Source of the DNA: Folioceros fuciformis
Lineage: Eukaryota
Length of the DNA stretch: 20,634 nucleotides
Direction of reading: 5' to 3'
Assembly: GCA_049999805.1 (NCBI GenBank)
Contig: JBNGIO010005225.1
Location: 62,001-82,634 of the forward strand
The position numbers and the translations under genes were made by a program. The first letter of the stretch is position 1, and each line of letters opens with the position of its first letter. The notes under the pieces were generated by a model. That model searched no databases and was not told where the DNA came from. It saw only the letters and a list, made by a program, of their open reading frames with translations. Below, piece by piece: positions 13,679 to 20,634 of the stretch.

Positions 13679-16466
13679 ATGTGCAGCACTGTTCGCGCAA
13701 CCAGCCCAGCTGCCGGTGCACTGGAACTTCTGGTTTCTGGGAGCGTTCGTGATTGCGAAGTTTCACCTCATGGCTCTGAGAAACCTCGGTGCCTGGCAGG
13801 CGGGGCTTCACTCTCGCTCTGGGGGCCATACGATGCTGTAGGGACCGCGTTTCTGGACTGCCACAGCCAGGGGAATCGATGGGGTAGTAGCCGAGCTAAG
13901 AAGAGCTCCTCAGCTCGGGCCAGAGAATTCCTGACTGGGGAGTATGGACGGCAGGAGGTATTTTGGCGGCGGTCTTTTCTGGATCATACGATTCGGAGGG
14001 CCGACAGGCGAGGCAGGGAAGGCTCCTGTTCGTCTACGGCGGACCTCTCGCTCAACGGGAACTGGAAGTCAAGAAGGCTGAATGAGCAATTGGACTACTG
14101 GGATATGCAGATGGCTCGTCATGGTCCTATTTCGGACTGGAGCTCGCCGGATGACGATGGCGGTCGGGGGATTCCAGGTTATGAGAGGAGCGTAACGGGT
14201 GAAACTGTGAGGCAACTTTGTGAGCAGGGGCAGCTTGTTCAGGCTATTGAGGCTCTGGGAGTTCTCGTGAAAATGCACTTCGATGTGTCCAAGTTTCTTT
14301 TGTATATTGTGTTGAGAAGATGTCTGGTGGAAAGGAATCTGGTTCATGGTCGCCGTGCCCATGCCCTTGCTGTGAAAGGAGGGTACGAGTTGGATAAGTT
14401 CTTGTGCAACCACATCCTGCGGATGTATGCTGGTCATGCCAGGTTGCAGGAAGGGATGGATGTATTTGCCGGGATTGCGGAACCCGATGCTTTCATGTGG
14501 TCTTCCGTTATCTCTGCGCACGTTAAACAGGGGCGAGATAAGGAGGCCATCGAGCTGTACCATCGGATGCGGAGGTTGAGTGTGAAGCCAGATGGGCATG
14601 TGTTCGTAGCAGCCCTTCAGGCTTGTGCACGCGGAGCAGACTTGGAAACTGGGCAGCAGGTGCACGCTGACGTGCTGGCCACTGGCAGCGAGCCTGACTT
14701 GTTTGTTTCTAGTTGCTTGGTAGATATGTATGCAAAATGTGAGAGCCTGGAAGACGCGCAAAGAGTGTTTGACACACTTGGTGAGAAGAATGTGGTGACC
14801 TGGACAGCTCTAATAACAGGATATGCCCAGCAGGGCATGGGTCAGCAAGCCCTGCATCTGTATAGTGCTATGAGAGAAGAAGGTGCCGCTATACCTGATT
14901 CTGTGACGTTTGTGTCTCTTCTGCAGGCATGTGCAAGTGTGGGTGCACCTGCTCTGGAGAAAGGGAAGCAGCTACATGCACATATTAGGGAACAAGGATA
15001 TCAAGGTATTGTGTTCGTAGCCAGCAGTTTGGTAAATATGTATGCAAAGTGCGGCAGCTTGAAAGACGCTCACATTGTGTTCAACGGTCTCACTCAAAAG
15101 AACGTCGTGACCTGGACAGCTCTGATAGCAGGATACTCCCAGCAGGGCATGGGCCAGGAGGCCCTGCGCCTTTACAGTGCAATGCAAGAAGAAGGCTTGG
15201 CGGTGCCAGATTCTGTTACATTTGTTTGCCTCCTGCAGGCATGTACACGCGTGGGCAACCTGGCTTTGGACAAGGGGAAACAGCTTCACGCACAAATCCG
15301 AGATCGAGGATTCCAAGGTGATGAGTTTGTTGCCAGTAGTTTGGTAAACATGTATGCAAAGTGTGGCAGCCTGGAGGATGCTGAAGAAGTGTTCCACAGT
15401 CTTGATCAAAAGAATGTGGTGACATGGAGTTCCATGATAGCAGGGTATTCTCAGCAGGGCATGGGTCTGGAGGCCCTTCGCCTTTACAGGGCTATATGGG
15501 CAAGAAGAAGGCAAGGCTGCACCTGATTCTGTGGCGTTTGTGAGCCTCCTGCAGGCATGTGCAAGTGTCGCAGCTTTACATGTGGGAAGGCAGCTTCATG
15601 CCCAGATTCAAGATCAAGGCCTTCAAGCTGATGTAACTGTAGCGAACAGTTTGATAACCATGTACGCAAACTCAGGGAGCATGCTTGATGCGCAGCAGGT
15701 GTTCGATGCATTGCCCACAAGAGACGTCGTCACCTGGAGTGTATTGATTGCAGGATACACCCGTCAAGGAGACAGTGAAACGGTCTTTGACTTGTTTCTC
15801 AGAATGAGAAAGGACGGTATTCAGCCAGACAGCGTCACATTCCTCAGTGTACTAACAGTGTGCAGTCACACGGGCCAAGTGGACAAGGGGCGAGAGTTCT
15901 TGGACGCCATGAGCAGACACTACGGGATCACTCCCAATTTGGAGCACTACGCGTGCATGGTGGATCTACTTGGCCGTGCAGGCCAACTCCAGGAGTCACT
16001 GGTTTTGGTAAGCACAATGCCTGTACTGCCTACTCTTGCCTTTTGGCACACTCTACTGGGTGCTTGTCAAAAGTGGAGCGATGTGAACATGGGACGCCAT
16101 GCTTTTGGTGAAGGAGTGAAGCTAGACAAGAAGGATGCTGCAGCACATGTGTTGATGTCCAACATATACACCGGTGCTCAGATGTGGGAGCACGCGCAGG
16201 AGATAAAGTCAAGGAGAATAGGAGCTAGGCCATGGAAGCAACCAGGCCGGAGCTGGTGGACAGACATGGACGGACTGGTGCACAGTTTCTCAGTAGGAGA
16301 TGGAAAGCATTCCGACAAGTTCGAGACCTCGCTCGTCCAAAATAGCGAAACAATACTGGTCGCTCCACTGATAGGCATCTCTTCTTATGGCAGGCATCGT
16401 AGAGTGGGTTCCTCCAAACTGTTGTATGTACGTCCTTCATGGCTCATCGCAAACCCGGATCGATGA
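13679..16466 (+). CDS. PLS-class pentatricopeptide repeat protein (E1-E2-E+, truncated DYW), interrupted by a frameshift at ~15494-15500 (possible pseudogene or assembly error)
   Basis: Repeated P-L-S triplets (VVTWTALIxGY..QG; VTFVxLLQAC; LVNMYAKCGSLxDA), P2-L2-S2 (VTFLSVLTVCSHTG; HYACMVDLLGRAG), E1/E2 (WHTLLGAC; HVLMSNIY) and a PG box (KQPGRSWW..VHSFSVGD..H). ORFs 13679-15526 and 15531-16466 are contiguous pieces in different frames. Confidence 0.92.
14726..15660 (+). repeat. Coding tandem repeat of 312-nt (104-aa) S-P-L triplets within the PPR gene
   Basis: The ATG of the MYA motif recurs at 14726, 15038, 15350 and 15660 (periods 312, 312, 310), with visibly high nucleotide similarity between units. 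Confidence 0.9.
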
Positions 16467-16560
16467 CAAGAGTTCACGATTCTTGTCGTCACGTGCATTG
16501 TGTCGTGATTGCAAACTACAACTGCCTAACTGAAGTCTCGTTTTCCGAGCCCGGACTGCT

Positions 16561-16890
16561 GCCGTTGGACATCACGGATTGAACAGAGCAGAGGAACATG
16601 AAGGAGAGGAAGCAATTGGTAGATCGCGGCCTGTCGGAGAACCGGAGATAAATATTCAACATGCGAGATAAGTACAGTACATATGCAGCCGTATAGCAGG
16701 GAAAGTGCCGTTAGTGCATGTCAGATGCCGCGATGATCGAGGCCCCTTGAATTCAAACAAATGCCCGTGTGCGCAACGGCTCCTCCTGAGACCGCAGGGC
16801 CCTGTTTGTGCAAACCAAACCCTGCTGCGTCTAGCCAAACCAGCCATTCTTGCTGGGTTGCTCTTTCCCCCAAGATCCCCAACCGTTGCC
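16561..16890. promoter_or_regulatory. Putative MSA (AACGG) elements plus a CHR-like TTTGAA upstream of the kinesin
   Basis: AACGG cores at 16562-16566(-; TCCAACGGC), 16708-16712(-), 16775-16779(+) and 16883-16887(-). TTCAAA at 16752-16757. These are short motifs only; support comes from the downstream cytokinesis kinesin. Confidence 0.35.
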
Positions 16891-17295
16891 ACCAAAACTC
16901 GATGTGCCCACTCCAGTCCACTCCACTCCCGCCCTGCGTCTTCACCAGCCCACTGTGCTGCCATGCCAGCAAGCTGGCCAGCATTGGAGGTGCCAACTGC
17001 CAAGGACTCAATTCTTTCTCCCTTCCCACCCCTCTCCTTGTTCCTGCATTGCTGCCTGGGAGCCACAGACAATGCGTGGTTGCAGGTCTAGCCCTGCGGA
17101 GCTGTGTATCCGAAGCTGAGCGCCAAAATTGGCTCGGGTGGTGTGAAATGCGTGTGGTGAGGTGACAGCGCAAGACGCTCTGCAAGTCACGCTCTGTGGA
17201 GAGAGGGGTCTTGGGTCTTGAGTGTTGCTGGTTTTAGCCACAATCAGGCGGGCTGGCAATGTAGGGTGACGTTGTGTGGGAGCTCGGGGGCAGTG

Positions 17296-20200
17296 ATGGC
17301 GCCCGCCATCTCCAGCGCGCCTCTGTCGCCACGGAAGCCACCTGGAACGCCTCAGGCCTTCGTTTCCACTCCCAGCAGGTTCGGGGTGGCCATGGGCGCG
17401 CCGGACAGCACCGGGGCCGGGTACCAGCTGGGGGCTGTTGCTAGCAGCCATCCTGTGGAAGTGGTTGGGAGGGTGCGCCAGCATCCGGAAGGGAAGGATG
17501 AGTCTGCGTTGCAGGTGTTCGATGGGAAGAGGATCAGGGTGAAGATGGAGCAGGGGGGTAGTCGGGAATTCTCTCTGGACGGGGTGTCGCTTGCGGAGAG
17601 GGAGGACTTGCTGGAGTTCTACGCCAAGTACGTGGAAGCTCGGGTGGATGATGTGAAGGGGGGCGGCAGGTGCACGGTGATGATGTATGGGCCCACAGGG
17701 GCTGGGAAGAGTCACACCATGTTCGGCTCCAGCTCCGAGAAGGGCATTGCGTATCTTGCTCTCCGGAACATCATGGACCCAAATACCTACGGTCCCCATG
17801 GTTGTGGGCCTGTCACTGTGAGAGCGTCAATTATCGAGATTTACAATGAGGAAATCTTTGATTTGCTGGGATCGACTGGCAACGCTCCGGGCTTGCCCAA
17901 GAATGTGCTTGTGCCCAGGGTTCGTCTCCTTCCCTCTAGCTCGCTGTCAGGGGCTTGCTACTCGAGGCTGTGAAGTTTGTACAGGTGCTGACTGGCTTGT
18001 CGTTTTGCCTTTTCAGGTGAAGCTGGAAGTGATGGGCAAGAAGTTGCAAAAGGCAACGTGGATTACTGGGAACGAGCACAACAAGCTGTTTCTGCAGATT
18101 ACCAAGACGGAGAAGTCTCGCGTCATCAAGTCTACAAATTGCAATGACCGCAGTTCACGAAGTCACTGCGTGGTAACCTTGCCTTCCTGCTCAAGCATGT
18201 TCCGTGGTTGGGGATAGTATCGTGATTAGTGTGAGGGCCTAGCATCTGACATGGTCGTAACTGATGACAATGTAGGTGATCCTGGAAGTTCCAGCTGTAG
18301 GGGGAAGGCTGGTGCTTGTGGATATGGCTGGCTCTGAGAACGTCGAGCAAGCAGGGATTGGATCCGAGGCGAGACTCCAGGTACGCCACGATAGCCTCCA
18401 TCGTGCAGCCGCACACCTAGAGTTTGAGTCAGTCAGAATGCTGATAAGATGCCGTATTTTGCAGACTGGGAAAATAAATCAGGGCAATGGTGCTTTAAAG
18501 CGTGTTGTTGAAGCTATAGCAAACGGCCATGAGCATATTCCTTACAGGGACAGCAAGCTCACAATGATACTGCAGGTTCGTTATTCCGGGCCATCACTTC
18601 TGTCCCTTGTTGGCACTTCCGATAAAAGCTTGTTACTTTGCTGCGAAGTTACGCTCAATGGCCCCGTAATACATTACAGGATTCTTTTGAGGATGATGGC
18701 GCCAGGATCTTGATGATTCTCTGTGCTAGTCCGGATCTGAGGGATATCTACAAGACTCTTGGTACACTGGAATACGGAGCCAAGGCCAAGTGCATAGTCC
18801 GGCTGCCCAACTCTCCCCCCAAGGATAAGGTCACTGCAGGGTCGGATCAAGAACTGCTTGCAAAAGTTAGGTTCAAGGATGCATGCATCGAAAAGCTTCG
18901 GCTAACGCAGGAGCAGAAGGATAGAGCCATTGAACAGCGAGACAGGCTGGTCCAGGAGAAGGAAGCAGAGACAAGGCGGCTCCGAATGCAGATTGAGGAG
19001 ATGGAGAGACAGAAATCAATGGGGTACGACTTGCAGTTCGAATTAAAGGTGAAAGTCGATCAGCTGAGGAAGGAGCTGAGACTGGAATTGGAGCGTGAAT
19101 TGGAGAGCAAACTGGAAGAGGCTCGGTGGCGTGCCGAGGAGGAGGGTAGGAGGAAGATACAAGAAATGGAAAAGGAGCTACAAAGGCAGCAGATGACCAT
19201 TAATTACATGTCCTTGCGGGCGGAAAAGGCAGAGGGCGAGGTTCGAAGACTTAAGTCTGTCTTCGCTGAGGGAGATGCTTTTGACTTGGTCCCTCCTCCA
19301 GTGGAAAAACGTGCCCTGCCTGAAGTACAGATACCAGGGTTCAGTCTGCAGGATCTGATTAAGAAAGAGGAATCAGGTCTACAAGATGTATCACCATCTT
19401 CTATCAGCCTTGTGAGCCAAGCACAACGTGCGGCAGCAGAGCCCTCGAGATCTCCTTTCGAGGAGGCTGGCCCATCTGGAAGCCCGGAATACGACCGAGG
19501 GTCAGAACACGACACATCTGGAGAGGAGGAGGATGACGAAAGGTTACCCGCACTGGAGGGCTGCGCAAGCCCAGCAGTGCCAGCCCTTGACAGAACGCCG
19601 AGGAATAGCACGAAGGTAGATATTCTCAGCAGGCTATCTGAAAGAGTGTCAGCTCGTCTTCGAGATGATGGCAATGAGCAGTCAATTAAGGCGCCGTTGT
19701 CATCTCCAGAGGGTCATCCGGGGATGTTTGCGGAGAATGGTGAACATGATGGAGCAAGGCCTGGAAGTGACAAGCAGACCTCCTCTCCAATCACTAGGAA
19801 TCTCTTCGTTAAGAGGGAAGAGAATGATGATGACGATGACCTCTTTGCATGGAGTGGAGCTTCTCTTCACACAAAAGGCTGGCTTCCCATCATTCACGAG
19901 GAGCGTGAAGAAGAAGAGGCTGAGGAGGATATGGATACTGGAAGCTCAAGAACTCCTGGCGCAGACCATGCACGAGACGTAGTTGGGAGGACATTTGGAA
20001 GCACAGGCGAAGACTCTTTCTTGCAGCAGCCGCTGTTTCCAAGCAATCTTAACCGAGACAAATTCATGGGCCTCCCGCATCCACGAACTGAAATCCGAGT
20101 CAAGCAAGAAGCGGATGACGAGGCCTCAAAGCTCTACTCCCTCAATCAAGCGGATTCCTCAGCCGATCATTTCAGGGGGACTTGTCGAGATGAGAAAGTG

Positions 20201-20634
20201 GGTCAAAGCTGGAGGCCGACACCACCCTGGCCAGGGACGGACGTGAGTGCAACCATCACTGACAGTCTGAGAGCGACGGTTGAATCTCGGTCTCCTGTGG
20301 TGAAGGAACAAGCTGAAAGCACTTCTGGTTGCCCCAGTCCGATACGGGATTCCTCCGGACGCTCTGTGCTGGAAAGCATCATGGACAGCTTACATGATGT
20401 GCGGATGGAAGTGCAAGAAGAGAAAGGGAGGGTGGGAGGCGCTACAGGTGTAATTCGAGGACCGACGGCGGACTCAAGGCTCGCGATCGGCGGGAGCTCA
20501 TTGGCTCAGAACGACGAGGAATCAAGAGCAGCAGCTGGAGGCATGTCCAGGACAGCAGAGGAACGCACGTCTGAAGGAAGAAGGGGTGGCGATAGCTTGG
20601 AGCCGGCATCACCTATACGAACTCCTTCCAGTAC
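17296..20634 (+). CDS. PAKRP2: Kinesin motor protein of the PAKRP2/KIN10A/KINID1 type, 3'-incomplete. Exons 17296-17919, 18017-18172, 18276-18380, 18465-18575, 18680->20634
   Basis: HPVEVVGRVR, FSLDGVS, P-loop YGPTGAGKSHTM, switch I NDRSSRSH, switch II variant DMAGSEN, HIPYRDSKLT, DSFEDD.ILMILCASPD and TLEYGAKAKCIVR, followed by a coiled coil and a long acidic/disordered tail. The last exon is open to the window end, so it is missing from the ORF track. Confidence 0.93.

Noticed and set aside
16492-16515. Out-of-frame LCRDCK downstream of the PPR stop, reminiscent of the DYW CxxCH motif
   Set aside because: No HSEKLA, KNLR or terminal DYW-like traces in any frame; a 4-residue match can be chance.

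Overview
Gene-dense, intron-containing eukaryotic nuclear DNA. It is probably from a seed-free land plant: the compact 80-120 nt introns and a PLS-class PPR gene with a 'SWW' PG-box variant suggest a hornwort-like lineage, which is an inference. Left to right: (1) ~1-2300 degenerate or low-quality sequence with a PPR relic and ankyrin-like tandem repeats, then a 100-N gap (2506-2605); (2) a spliced gene encoding TWO malic-enzyme modules fused in one polypeptide (>=1039 aa, 2925-6978, possible extra first exon at 2372), whose second module contains a U12-type AT-AC intron (6506-6598); (3) an LLP/LAPS18-like basic protein (7494-8243); (4) an 8-exon chalcone-isomerase-fold protein (8679-10637); (5) a 12-exon 3-hydroxyisobutyrate-dehydrogenase-like gene on the minus strand (12913-10886); (6) an intronless PLS-E/E+ PPR gene with an internal frameshift (13679-16466); (7) a PAKRP2/KINID1-type kinesin running off the right end (17296->20634). 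All exon structures were derived by hand from splice signals, reading-frame continuity and remembered family motifs; no database search was run.
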